Below, in pieces: positions 19,301 to 28,227 of a DNA stretch of 64,000 nt. A program made the position numbers and the translations under genes. The notes beneath the pieces are model-generated. The model was not told the origin of the DNA. It searched no databases and was given only the letters and a program-made list of their open reading frames with translations. The stretch covers positions 15,491 through 79,490 of the IMG/VR virus record IMGVR_UViG_3300033463_000079; one strand, written 5' to 3'. This stretch comes from a virus (Duplodnaviria; Caudoviricetes). Every line of letters begins with the position of its first letter. The first letter of the stretch is position 1.

Positions 19301-22300
19301 AAATTCAACACAAAACCAAATGGGATATAGACCATCTAAACGGTGTATCAAAAGAGTATCTCGGAATAGATTTAGAGATAGATAAATATCTCGACGATTT
19401 AACGGGCGTTGAAGCAACGATTAATGGTGAATTTGGCAGACCTCGTGACTTTTCCATTGATGATTATATGGAATGGGACAACCCAGTAACAGGCAAACAT
19501 AATGATAGTACGCCGATTGAACTGTTTGACTACGCAACAGGAGACGAAAGGGGTGACTTCGTAAAAGACTACTCCTTATATAACAAAATCAAGAATCACA
19601 TAAGGGACGAGTACAGATATGATAAATCTCTCGATGCGTATACAAAGAGAGATAACGAGTTTGAACTTCTTGACATTGACGAAAGGGACGAACTTCTTGA
19701 ACTCGCGAGAGATATAGACAACGAAGTTGTAAAAAGATTAACCGAATATTTTGGAACTGCGCGTTATGGCGAGAATGGCATTTACCAAGTCAGACTGAAA
19801 ATGAATAACCCTCTTATCGTGGACTGCGGCGGTAGTTGGTGGAACGACATAGATGGGTCTGCTTTCAAATATTCTGTCGAGGACAAAATCGCGATAGAAA
19901 ACTTCCATGCGTTTGAAGAAGAGTATAAGGAGTATGTTGAAGACGTTATAGAGGACAATATCACAGACGCGGACAATGTTTCCCTCAATGCGCTGTTGGA
20001 CGACGGGAAGTACGAAGAATATTATGAATTCAAAAACGATTTAGAAGATTACCTCATGGAAATTGGACAAATTGTTGATGAAGACGAGTTTGTCGGTAGA
20101 GGAATGTCAAAAGTCTTCAAGACAAACGATGAGTATGACGACGCATACGATGTATTTATTGAAAAGGGCAGAGCCGTTGACAATGATGACAAAACGTACA
20201 ATACGAGATATGTGTCACAGTACGCTCGCAACAATGGCTATGATGGCGTAATATTTAAGGACATTGTTGATACTGGAAACGGCAGATACATTGAAGACGA
20301 TGTATATATTGTTTTTAGCAACGAGCAGATGAAGTCAGCCGACCCCGTGACGTATGATGATAACGGAAATATAATCCCGCCGTCCCGTAGAGGACTTGGA
20401 GACAAGGTAGAGGCTGAAAAGTCACGCTCGTTTGAGAAAAAAGCCCTTGAAAACCACGTAGAAGTACAGTCGGACGGCGCGCTTATGGACGTTGATACTG
20501 GCGTAGTTCTGTATGACCCAAGAGACGGGTGGAAAGACTCTGACTTTGATTGGGAAAAAACGCACGGCATTAGCGAGAAAGAGTATGAAAATTGGCTCTC
20601 TTATAACAATCCACGAAGCAAAAGAGACATGCGCTATTCCAAGTTCGGCGTAAAAGGCGCGACTGGCGAACAAAAGGCTCTTGGCGAACAAGCCGAGCAG
20701 ATGTTCAAAGACGGCGTACCTGTAGACGAAATTTATTACAATACAGGTGGTTGGGTTGTGGATTCCGATGGAAAGGCGAAGATGCGCTTTTCCGACAAGG
20801 ACATGAAACTCAACATCAAAATGAAAAGTCTCAAACCTGCAAAATCCGTGTCGGATATTCAAAAAGCATCTGACGCGTGGGAGGCGGCAGAGGACGCATT
20901 TGACAAGGCAGTTGCAAGAAATGCAGACGATGCGGAACTCGGCAGGCTTCTCGGTAATATTCAAAAGGCAGAAGAGGCTCTCGACATCGCGCAGAATGGC
21001 GTAAAGGAGATTCCGCTCGGTGAACTTATTGAACATAATGAATTGTTCAAGAGATACCCAAAGTTCAAGGACGACATTACAGTCAAATTCACAACAAAAT
21101 CGTATATTGGCGGCGAGGGAATGTTGGTCGATACTGGCGGTGGAACATTCACCATATATGTAAGGCGGAACGGTTTAACGAAAGAAAAACTAAAAGAAAC
21201 ATTGGTGCATGAAGTCCAACACGCTATACAGGACACGGAAGGATTCGCTCGTGGAACAAGCCCAGAAGAGTGGCAACGAATTACGAAAAAAATACTCTCC
21301 GAAATGGACGATGTAGAAAACAGTCTCCCATCTGGATTCACGTTTGAAAAGGACGGTAGCAACTGGGTTATTAAGAATAGCAAAACTGGCTCGACGGCAT
21401 CTGCATCGAAACCAGAAAATGTACGATTTGACTTTTTCAAAGGAATTGACGCAAGAGAACTCCGCGCGAAGTTTAACGAATGGGTTGACCTAAAAAATGA
21501 CCTCGACGCTATGACAACACAAATATCAAACGCTCCAGATAACGTGAGAAGAGAAGTTGCAAAACAAGGCAAGTTCCAATACTCGAACACAAAGGGAGAG
21601 TTTGAATCGCGTAACGCCGAATACGAAATGAATGAGCCTTTAAGCAACATGCGAGGCTATGACGAAGTTGAGGCAAGAGAACGCACAAAAATGAATCGTG
21701 GTCAAAAACCAGATTCAGACGCGTTTGTAAACGAACACGAACTCAAAGTAGAAGACTACGAGAAAAAATACGGCGGCAAGAAAGCCTCCAAGTTCGCCAA
21801 AGAGACTCAAAACGCCAAGACTTCTCGCGAGACTGTAAACGCCACAAAGAAAGAAAAAAAGGCTCTCGAACAAAAACTCTCTGGCAAACTTTCAAAGGAC
21901 AAGAGGGCAGAGGTCGAAGACCAACTTGTTAAACTCGAAGAGCGTCTCGAAAAAGAGACTGCGTTTATGCACCAGTCCAACACCCCTATATACAAAAAAC
22001 GTATAGAGGAGAACCGAAAGGCTATCAAGGAACTTGAGAAAGAACTCAAGAAGACGAAAGACGCTGACGAGATTAAGAAAATCCAAAAGCAGATAACCAA
22101 CAAGGAGCGGTGGATTACCACAAACGAAAACTGGATTAACTGGAAACCAAAGCAGGTGGTTAGCGACGTTCCTGTCAAGGAACTCTCCGATGGCGAGTTG
22201 TCTAAAGAGTACAATTCAATCAACAAGGAACTCAAGAAAGAGCAGGAGTCTATAAGAACAAAGAGACTCCTCGAAGAACGTCGTGACGCTCTCTCAAAAG

Positions 22301-25300
22301 AGGCAGAGAAGAGAGACCTCGACCTGCGTGGCAACCTTGAGAAAGCCGATGAACTTATCAAGGAAAAGAGATTTGGCTATGAAGAAGCCGAAGAACTCAC
22401 CAAGAAGATAAGGGAAATCGACGAGCAGGTTGCGGAACTCGATGCCAAGAAAAAGACAACGGCACGAGTCCACAAAATTGACAGTCTTGAAGCAGAGAGA
22501 AAAAAACTGAATACAAGACTCTCTAACGTCATTGAGAACTCAAAGTCTGTTGTTCCAGAGGGCAAGACTGCGAAAGAAACATTCAACAAAGTCGTTGGCG
22601 GAAATACCCTAAAGGCAAAAGGCGAGGGTAAGATGCTCAACAAGTTCTCCGTACGGAAACTGCTTGACGAAAACGATGGCAGTAAGTGGGGAGCAACGAA
22701 AGACCTCGGCAGAGCGTTCCGCCGTAAGACTGAATCGTCTCTTATCGAGTATGAGTCCACAGGCAAACAACTTATCAAGGACGGTCACAAGGAACTCGGA
22801 CAGGCTCTATTAGACCAAGCAAACAACGTCACCGTTTACAAGAATAAGGCGGCGGCGGCGGTCGAGTCTGCGAGAGCAAGTGCTGACGGGACTAAAATAG
22901 GCAAGTCCCTCAATGATGTCTTCAAGGTAGAGGACAAGAACGGCAAAATCGTCGACCTCTTGTTAGAAGAAAATGCAGAAATGAGACAAGACCTCTCAAA
23001 CTATTTATTCTGCAAACACTCTTTTGCAAGAGAAGAGCAAGGGAAGAAAGTCTTTGGTGTCATCGACGAAGACGGAAAGCCGAAGTGGACAAACGCAAGT
23101 ACCGAGCAGTACATGAAAGAGATAGAAAAAGAATACGGAAAGAAAACCGTCAAGGCATTTGAACGGGAAATCCGCGATTTCATAGACTATCTCAACGAGT
23201 ACAGGCTCGATACGGGCTTAATGAGCAAGGAACTCCTTGACAAATTAAACGACATCTATCCTTATTATATTCCTACCAACAGGGCGGTCGTGAATAAGCC
23301 TCCAAAGGAATACGAACTCCCGAAGAATGTCGCGGAAGTAGAAAACGGAATCAAGAGAGCCGTCGGCGGGGACGCTCCGTTGGAAGACCTCTATACACAG
23401 TTAGTCAAGATGACGATGGCAACTATCCGTTCTGGTGAGCAGAACAAACTGTTAGCCATGTACGCAAAGGCGCACAACATAGAACCGACAAGACTTCCAA
23501 AGGACACTACGGCAGATGATGTGCTTGAGAGTTCTGTAGAAGCGTTTGATTCCGACCATAGAGGCAATTATAAAATACGTTTCTATGACAACGGAGAAGC
23601 AGTCACGATTCCTGTCAACAAGCATGCGGCAAAGGGAATCCGAGAGTTCAACGGACAGGACTACGCGACGCTTATTGAAGTGTCCGCGAAACTTGGAAAA
23701 CTCCTGCACATGCGTGAGTATAAAGGACTCATTACAGACTGGAACTTGGTGTTCGGTGTTCGTAACGGAATGAGAGACGCTCAACAGGCTCTCGTAAACT
23801 CTAAAGATTCTCGTTACTTCACGGCATCAATCCCTCGCGCGAGGGCGGCGGTCGCAAACGAGAACAATGCCTTTAGAGTTCTCTACGACGCAAACGGCGG
23901 AAGATACTCAACTCTGCAACAAATAAACAGGCTCGATGAAATCGGTGCGCTCAATAAAAAGGGTGGCACGGTCGCCAAAGGACTTGAAAAAATCGAGGAC
24001 ATCAACGGCGCAATCGAAATGATGCCTCGTATGTGCGAGTTCATCGGCACTATCCAAAAAGAGGCTGACAATATCCTCGGAAGTAAAGGTATCAAGGAAC
24101 TCAAGCGTGAAATCGAGGCAGAGGCTTCGGCTATCCCAGAGGCAGAGCGGACTGCGTGGATTGAAAATGAGTACGCGCAGAGAATCGTTGACCTTATTAA
24201 AAAGGAAAAGCCAGACATCATCGCAACTGCGATTAGAAACTCTGCTGACGTAACTGTAAACTTCTCAAGAAGTGGCGTTGTGACAAAGGCGTTCAACGCA
24301 GGCTTTGTCCCTTACCTCAATCCATCGGTACAGGGTCTTTCAAAGATGATGCGTATGTTCACGGAGTCAAAGGCTCAAGGATTCGGCAAACTCGCATGTT
24401 TCGGCGCAAAGTTAAGTGTTCTCACGATTGCCCCTGCGATGCTCAACGAGATTCTGTGTAAGGATAATGAGGCTTACCAGAGCATCAATTCAAGAGACAA
24501 AGACAATGCGTTCTTTATCCCGATGTCCCTGTTTGGTGGTGAACCAGACAAGTTCATCAAGATTCCAAAGCCAAGAGAAAACGCGGTATTGGCAGAGCCG
24601 TTTGAATATGGTTTGAGATACTTCATGGACAAGGCGCAGTACGGAACTCTTGACGAATTCAAGCAGATGTTTCTTTCTGCAGAGGCTAATGTCGGTATCG
24701 TGAATGTGTGGGAAGACAATATCGCGTCTCCAATTCTTAATACCATGATGAATAAGACATGGTACGGCGGCGACATTCTTTCCAAACAGGAACTCAAGAA
24801 CGTAGAAAATGACGAGGCTTGGAAGAATTACGACGAGACGACATCTTGGTTCGCGAAAAAGATGGGCAAACTTGCCAACATTTCCCCAAAGAAAGTGGAC
24901 AACATTTTAGATTCGTATACAGGTCTCATTTATGACTTCGGAATCTCGCAGACCTCACAAAAGAATCTAAACGACGTATATTCATCGCCAAAGAACTTCG
25001 TCAAGAACAATCCGTTTGTTCAGCAATTTATGAAAGACGCGGTGTTCTCAAATAAATATGCTACGAAATTCTGGGATAAGGCTGACGAACTCAATGAGGG
25101 GCATAATGGCGACAAAGACACGATAGAATACCGTGAGTACATGGCTAAATATGGCTACGATACATTCACCTACGATTCTGCGATAGCAGGAGTAGATAAC
25201 GACAAGAATATTCCAAAGGAAGAAAAAGTCGAAATCAAACGCGAACTTCGCAAGTGCAAGAACCAACTTCTGCAACGCGCATTAAATGGCGAGGAAGTCA

Positions 25301-26370
25301 AGTATGACCCGATGCAGAGGATAATCAATATCTATAAGCGTCACGGAATCGAAAACGCAACAGATATATGTCTTTCATCGTATGCAGAGGGCGACCATGC
25401 GGACGCGTATAAACACCTTAAACAGTCAAAGGAATACAGGGACGCGACAGACGCAGAAAAGTTAGAACTGCAACGGAAGTTCCTCAAGACCTATAAGGGC
25501 GTAAAGAGAATCGCGAGATTCACAGGAGATAGCGACAAGTTCGTCAATTACTCTACAGTTGAATATGTGTGCGCGAAGAACGGCTATACAGGCGGTCTTA
25601 TTGCCAACATGTACGCGTGGAAGTCTAAAGAGTATGCGGTCGAAAAAGGCTTGAAAGACATGAAGAGGTATATCGACGCGGGATATACTGAAAAGAACTT
25701 CAAGGTCACAATGAGAGCCATGAATCGCGGTGCTGAAAAGTTGGGAGACCCCGACAAGCCTTATGCTTCTAAACTTGAAGATTATAATAAGGCGATGATT
25801 AACGCAGAGAATGGCTATCGTGACGGTGCATATCTCGTTGCTTCTCCGTACATAAAAGACTCGCAAATGAACGCGGCTCGTTGTCTAACAGAGGGACACT
25901 CTGGCGAAGACTTCAAGTGGACTAATAAGCGTGTAAACAAGTTCTGCAAGAAATACGAAATATACGCTGATAAGAACTACAAGTATGACAACGAACAAGT
26001 TGCAAATGCCGTCAAGAAAGAATACGGAGATAAAACGCCAGAAGAACAGGCGGCGGTCTACGTGCTTATAACAGGCGACACAGAGGGTAATCCGTTCGGA
26101 GAAATCGGCGATTATTCCCACAAGAATGATTCTGGACTTCTTGAAGACGAAGAGAAGAAAGGAAAAGGCGGTCGCGGAAGAGGAAGAGGTCGTCGCGGAG
26201 GCGGTGGCGGAGGCAAAGGCTCAAAAGGAACTATGCCGTCAACATCGTCTGGCGCAATCAACGGCAAAGTAACCGACGTATTCGCAGGCTCTAACGGTTC
26301 AAAGGCATCGACACTCAATGATGCATATAGAAAAAAGGTTAGGAAACTGCGCGAACAAATGTATAAATAA
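16399..26370 (+). CDS. Giant polyvalent ejection protein (3323 aa): zincin MPTase, ART-PolyVal, LPD23-like with second HExxH, coiled coil, LPD38-like
   Basis: GHETMH (~18541), FHGT..NPL..GYDG..VFSNEQMKS (19129-20340), HEVQHAIQ..EGFARG (~21208), IKIPKP...NKTWYG..I (24560-24780). Confidence 0.8.
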   Translation: MAEHKIRQKTTTPKKKKPEEDRFGKKGKQQAKKAKAEKTGASKLNKTGNSRADERREGAVRARENPVNKTRGGAQNYIIKDKVQPILTAPTKTVSGALKNAQNTAGQARNQHRGGHVTNVVDKTNRSKTHGASTTVVTTPQTKRNDRLTAKGQVERDKAIKANDQKIQTVADTKAKNDKNGYAYGGKLIKTLDKYNEKVDKALEEGKKKDLEYAAESFSDKKVDIPFYTKYAKGKAEAEAKKALKEGGVTQKKGKENVDNWITETESNWDKSGFKVTDDTVVTEDGKTWGQIKQEAYDQEAARIRFERSKYINQSTNGVGQLSAQDIVKGGIEMGSEFIDYGVPYMATAKGSIKVAEKLMAKAAKAGKTGAKVAPKTEAAIGRLVADGKLTPQAAKKLNTQIAIKSGAKSFSKELVANALQDATIGTAIDLGKGIEQGLQGKDLEKYMKDNAIANLALGIPMSGIAGRAGAKEAKQALAEDIAGSVNKFTNLTREEGFELDNLIKKSNDKNATLGNFEAQRLSELQDKALGGDSAVVNSKGKIEVNKAETTVEGLSREDAKEYIKLRAKAASGQIQPHELGNLAGLQKKVEQAYKQTEAKAQKTINISNKRITSAMQEDAEMAVRFFERTGDKARLKQANDVLERAKKATAEKNAALETNIDKMKDITKGNYRWVDSKEMEALTGDGRIGGYYDEATGEIVVNRDSPQAYQTIIGHETMHMLKAANREGYDKLANMLADYVKELDEYDSLVAEVKQAYPELVAKGDADALDEELVSEMLGRYVFGEDDTFIKKLAGEDPTTLQKIINYIKKLFANNDNAELREQFAKLEQTALEQIRDAHPEVIARENARKKWSRIVDSSGERVDVADRQISARVIDQCYLDAVKCGDLDLAQRIVDQHLLSQGFGIPAFHGTTRFGFTTVDMGKLDDGASIFAARSPAVAHTYTGSYRSSRPNVKKIGNPKEPLKNKIQHKTKWDIDHLNGVSKEYLGIDLEIDKYLDDLTGVEATINGEFGRPRDFSIDDYMEWDNPVTGKHNDSTPIELFDYATGDERGDFVKDYSLYNKIKNHIRDEYRYDKSLDAYTKRDNEFELLDIDERDELLELARDIDNEVVKRLTEYFGTARYGENGIYQVRLKMNNPLIVDCGGSWWNDIDGSAFKYSVEDKIAIENFHAFEEEYKEYVEDVIEDNITDADNVSLNALLDDGKYEEYYEFKNDLEDYLMEIGQIVDEDEFVGRGMSKVFKTNDEYDDAYDVFIEKGRAVDNDDKTYNTRYVSQYARNNGYDGVIFKDIVDTGNGRYIEDDVYIVFSNEQMKSADPVTYDDNGNIIPPSRRGLGDKVEAEKSRSFEKKALENHVEVQSDGALMDVDTGVVLYDPRDGWKDSDFDWEKTHGISEKEYENWLSYNNPRSKRDMRYSKFGVKGATGEQKALGEQAEQMFKDGVPVDEIYYNTGGWVVDSDGKAKMRFSDKDMKLNIKMKSLKPAKSVSDIQKASDAWEAAEDAFDKAVARNADDAELGRLLGNIQKAEEALDIAQNGVKEIPLGELIEHNELFKRYPKFKDDITVKFTTKSYIGGEGMLVDTGGGTFTIYVRRNGLTKEKLKETLVHEVQHAIQDTEGFARGTSPEEWQRITKKILSEMDDVENSLPSGFTFEKDGSNWVIKNSKTGSTASASKPENVRFDFFKGIDARELRAKFNEWVDLKNDLDAMTTQISNAPDNVRREVAKQGKFQYSNTKGEFESRNAEYEMNEPLSNMRGYDEVEARERTKMNRGQKPDSDAFVNEHELKVEDYEKKYGGKKASKFAKETQNAKTSRETVNATKKEKKALEQKLSGKLSKDKRAEVEDQLVKLEERLEKETAFMHQSNTPIYKKRIEENRKAIKELEKELKKTKDADEIKKIQKQITNKERWITTNENWINWKPKQVVSDVPVKELSDGELSKEYNSINKELKKEQESIRTKRLLEERRDALSKEAEKRDLDLRGNLEKADELIKEKRFGYEEAEELTKKIREIDEQVAELDAKKKTTARVHKIDSLEAERKKLNTRLSNVIENSKSVVPEGKTAKETFNKVVGGNTLKAKGEGKMLNKFSVRKLLDENDGSKWGATKDLGRAFRRKTESSLIEYESTGKQLIKDGHKELGQALLDQANNVTVYKNKAAAAVESARASADGTKIGKSLNDVFKVEDKNGKIVDLLLEENAEMRQDLSNYLFCKHSFAREEQGKKVFGVIDEDGKPKWTNASTEQYMKEIEKEYGKKTVKAFEREIRDFIDYLNEYRLDTGLMSKELLDKLNDIYPYYIPTNRAVVNKPPKEYELPKNVAEVENGIKRAVGGDAPLEDLYTQLVKMTMATIRSGEQNKLLAMYAKAHNIEPTRLPKDTTADDVLESSVEAFDSDHRGNYKIRFYDNGEAVTIPVNKHAAKGIREFNGQDYATLIEVSAKLGKLLHMREYKGLITDWNLVFGVRNGMRDAQQALVNSKDSRYFTASIPRARAAVANENNAFRVLYDANGGRYSTLQQINRLDEIGALNKKGGTVAKGLEKIEDINGAIEMMPRMCEFIGTIQKEADNILGSKGIKELKREIEAEASAIPEAERTAWIENEYAQRIVDLIKKEKPDIIATAIRNSADVTVNFSRSGVVTKAFNAGFVPYLNPSVQGLSKMMRMFTESKAQGFGKLACFGAKLSVLTIAPAMLNEILCKDNEAYQSINSRDKDNAFFIPMSLFGGEPDKFIKIPKPRENAVLAEPFEYGLRYFMDKAQYGTLDEFKQMFLSAEANVGIVNVWEDNIASPILNTMMNKTWYGGDILSKQELKNVENDEAWKNYDETTSWFAKKMGKLANISPKKVDNILDSYTGLIYDFGISQTSQKNLNDVYSSPKNFVKNNPFVQQFMKDAVFSNKYATKFWDKADELNEGHNGDKDTIEYREYMAKYGYDTFTYDSAIAGVDNDKNIPKEEKVEIKRELRKCKNQLLQRALNGEEVKYDPMQRIINIYKRHGIENATDICLSSYAEGDHADAYKHLKQSKEYRDATDAEKLELQRKFLKTYKGVKRIARFTGDSDKFVNYSTVEYVCAKNGYTGGLIANMYAWKSKEYAVEKGLKDMKRYIDAGYTEKNFKVTMRAMNRGAEKLGDPDKPYASKLEDYNKAMINAENGYRDGAYLVASPYIKDSQMNAARCLTEGHSGEDFKWTNKRVNKFCKKYEIYADKNYKYDNEQVANAVKKEYGDKTPEEQAAVYVLITGDTEGNPFGEIGDYSHKNDSGLLEDEEKKGKGGRGRGRGRRGGGGGGKGSKGTMPSTSSGAINGKVTDVFAGSNGSKASTLNDAYRKKVRKLREQMYK

Positions 26371-26376
26371 TATGTA

Positions 26377-26413
26377 AGAACCCTCGGCTTCGGTCGGGGG
26401 TTCTTATTTTTTT
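26377..26413 (+). terminator. Intrinsic terminator ending the late region
   Basis: AAGAACCCTCGGC-TTCG-GTCGGGGGTTCTT then ATTTTTTT. Confidence 0.9.
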
Positions 26414-26434
26414 GAAAAAAATTAAATTTAGGGG

Positions 26435-26463
26435 TTGCATTGTATGCAATTGTGTGTTATAAT
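26435..26463 (+). promoter_or_regulatory. SigA-type early promoter with overlapping palindromic operator
   Basis: TTGCAT-N17-TATAAT with TG extension; TTGCAT-TGT-ATGCAA palindrome at 26435-26449. Confidence 0.85.
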
Positions 26464-26486
26464 GAGTTCGCAAAGGAGGTGAGGAT

Positions 26487-26624
26487 ATGACAAAAGAACG
26501 GCTTGCCGTAACGATTGACAAAGAACTTTACCGAAGAATCGTCGAGCAGGCAAAAGCGGAGAACAGGAATTTATCCAACTACGTAGAGACGCTTTTATAC
26601 CAAGTTCTCGGCAAAGAAAAATAG
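26487..26624 (+). CDS. Ribbon-helix-helix (Arc/CopG-like) repressor, 45 aa (not in track)
   Basis: AAGGAGGTG SD; MTKERLAVTIDKELYRRIVEQAKAENRNLSNYVETLL RHH pattern. Confidence 0.8.
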   Translation: MTKERLAVTIDKELYRRIVEQAKAENRNLSNYVETLLYQVLGKEK

Positions 26625-26706
26625 GTGGGTTTACGGGTAATTATTCCGATAATCATAATTTTGGAATAACCGCAAACACCACCAAAAGAAAGGGTGGTGT
26701 TTTTTA
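26624..26706 (+). promoter_or_regulatory. Attenuator-like element: terminator with competing antiterminator
   Basis: Terminator AAACACCACC(26674-83)/GGTGGTGTTT(26693-702)+T run; alternative long stem from 26624-26647 with 26663-26683. Confidence 0.6.
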
Positions 26707-26994
26707 TTGAGAGTGAAAATCGTTGTAGGTACTGATTACGCAGACTTACAAAACCAGTTGAACGATTACCTTGAAAAATTAGACAGAACCCCTGCAACGG
26801 TTAGATACGAATTGGACAAACTAATCGCAATAGTAGAACACGAAGAGAAGAAGATTGTAAGCAGATGTTGCGATTGCCAGTTCTACGACGCGGGCGGAGA
26901 CTCGCGGGGAGCGTGGGGACTGTGCCACAGAAAGGGCATAAGGACAAAGTTCAACAAAGAGAAGTGTGAATTATTTATGGACATTAGAGTTTAA
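26707..26994 (+). CDS. Hypothetical early protein with C-terminal Cys cluster
   Basis: CCDCQFY...GLC...C. Confidence 0.55.
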   Translation: MRVKIVVGTDYADLQNQLNDYLEKLDRTPATVRYELDKLIAIVEHEEKKIVSRCCDCQFYDAGGDSRGAWGLCHRKGIRTKFNKEKCELFMDIRV

Positions 26995-27000
26995 GGAGGA

Positions 27001-27252
27001 ATGAGAATGAAGATTTTGAAGAACGTAGAAATGCCAACTAACATCGGAAGAAACAGACTCGGAGAATCATCGCTTGCGTTGATGGACTTCTACGAGAACG
27101 GAGACAAGAACATCAAGTTCGAGTGCGAGTCAAAGAAAGAGGCTAACGCAGTTTACTCCACGATATTCGGCACGGCGAAGAGATACGGACTCGATGTAAA
27201 AATCGTAAGAAGTATGAACGACATCTATGTAGTTCGCAAGGAGAGCGAGTAA
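27001..27252 (+). CDS. Hypothetical early protein
   Basis: 83 aa, SD, TAATG overlap with the next gene. Confidence 0.55.
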   Translation: MRMKILKNVEMPTNIGRNRLGESSLALMDFYENGDKNIKFECESKKEANAVYSTIFGTAKRYGLDVKIVRSMNDIYVVRKESE

Positions 27253-27449
27253 TGCTCTCGGCATGGCAGAAAAAGGTCAAGTGCGAAATGATAATGAGAG
27301 ACATGGAGTGTGAAGACCTTGCCAAAGCGGTAGGGAGCAAAAGCGGATATATAAGACAGTTGCTTTGCGCAACGTACGCAGATATTCCGCAGAGCAATCC
27401 CACCAAGAAGAGAATCAGTAAGTTTTTAGGATTGGAGGCGATAGAATGA
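27252..27449 (+). CDS. Cro/XRE-like HTH protein
   Basis: EDLAKAVGSKSGYIRQLL...KRISKFLG. Confidence 0.65.
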   Translation: MLSAWQKKVKCEMIMRDMECEDLAKAVGSKSGYIRQLLCATYADIPQSNPTKKRISKFLGLEAIE

Positions 27450-28003
27450 ACTATTTTGAGAAACTGAACTCAATCAACGTAAATGACCACGTTGAAAAAA
27501 AGAACGGTCTCACCTATCTGTCGTGGGCATGGGCATGGTCGGAAGTAAAGAAAGCATATCCGACCGCCAACTACACAGTCTACGAGAACGCAGACGGTTG
27601 GTGCTATCACACAGACGGAAAGACCGCTTGGGTAAAGACTGGCGTAACCATTGAGGGAATCGAACACATTGAAATGCTCCCTGTGATGGACTACAGAAAC
27701 AAGTCTATCCCTGTAGATAATATCACAAGTTTCGACGTAAATAAAGCGATTCAGCGCAGTCTTACAAAGGCGTGTGCAAGGCACGGACTCGGACTTTATA
27801 TCTACGCAGGGGAAGACCTGCCAGAAGATGCAACGGCTAACGTAGAGTTCACAAGAAAGGAACTCTTGGATAAGGTCGATGCGTTAATGGAAGTTAAAGG
27901 TGTTAGTTATGACGAGGTTCTTGAACTCGGCAACGCGAACAGTCTCGGAGACTTTGACGATGCGAGACTCAAGAAACTGATTGAATGGTTGGAGGGCAAG
28001 TAA
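27446..28003 (+). CDS. Single-strand annealing protein, DUF1071/Sak family
   Basis: VEKKNGLTYLSWAWAW...LPVMDYRNK...NKAIQRSLTKACARHGLGLYIYAGEDLP. Confidence 0.85.
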   Translation: MNYFEKLNSINVNDHVEKKNGLTYLSWAWAWSEVKKAYPTANYTVYENADGWCYHTDGKTAWVKTGVTIEGIEHIEMLPVMDYRNKSIPVDNITSFDVNKAIQRSLTKACARHGLGLYIYAGEDLPEDATANVEFTRKELLDKVDALMEVKGVSYDEVLELGNANSLGDFDDARLKKLIEWLEGK

Positions 28004-28227
28004 TGTGCAGAGATTGTGAATATGGAAACTACAGAGATTTCGATAACCCCGAAACTGCATACGAAATCATAGACAACGCCATGAGCCGTAAGGACATAAG
28101 AGACTCCATCAAAGAGGGGTACAGACAATGGCTCGAAGATACGGCGAGAGAATATTTCTGCGATGTCGGAGATTGGAACGATGAGTGGAAAGACGCTTGG
28201 CGAGAAGTGGTGTGGGAAATCATATGA
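28003..28227 (+). CDS. Hypothetical protein
   Basis: TAATG/ATGA overlaps; MCRDCEY start. Confidence 0.5.
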   Translation: MCRDCEYGNYRDFDNPETAYEIIDNAMSRKDIRDSIKEGYRQWLEDTAREYFCDVGDWNDEWKDAWREVVWEII

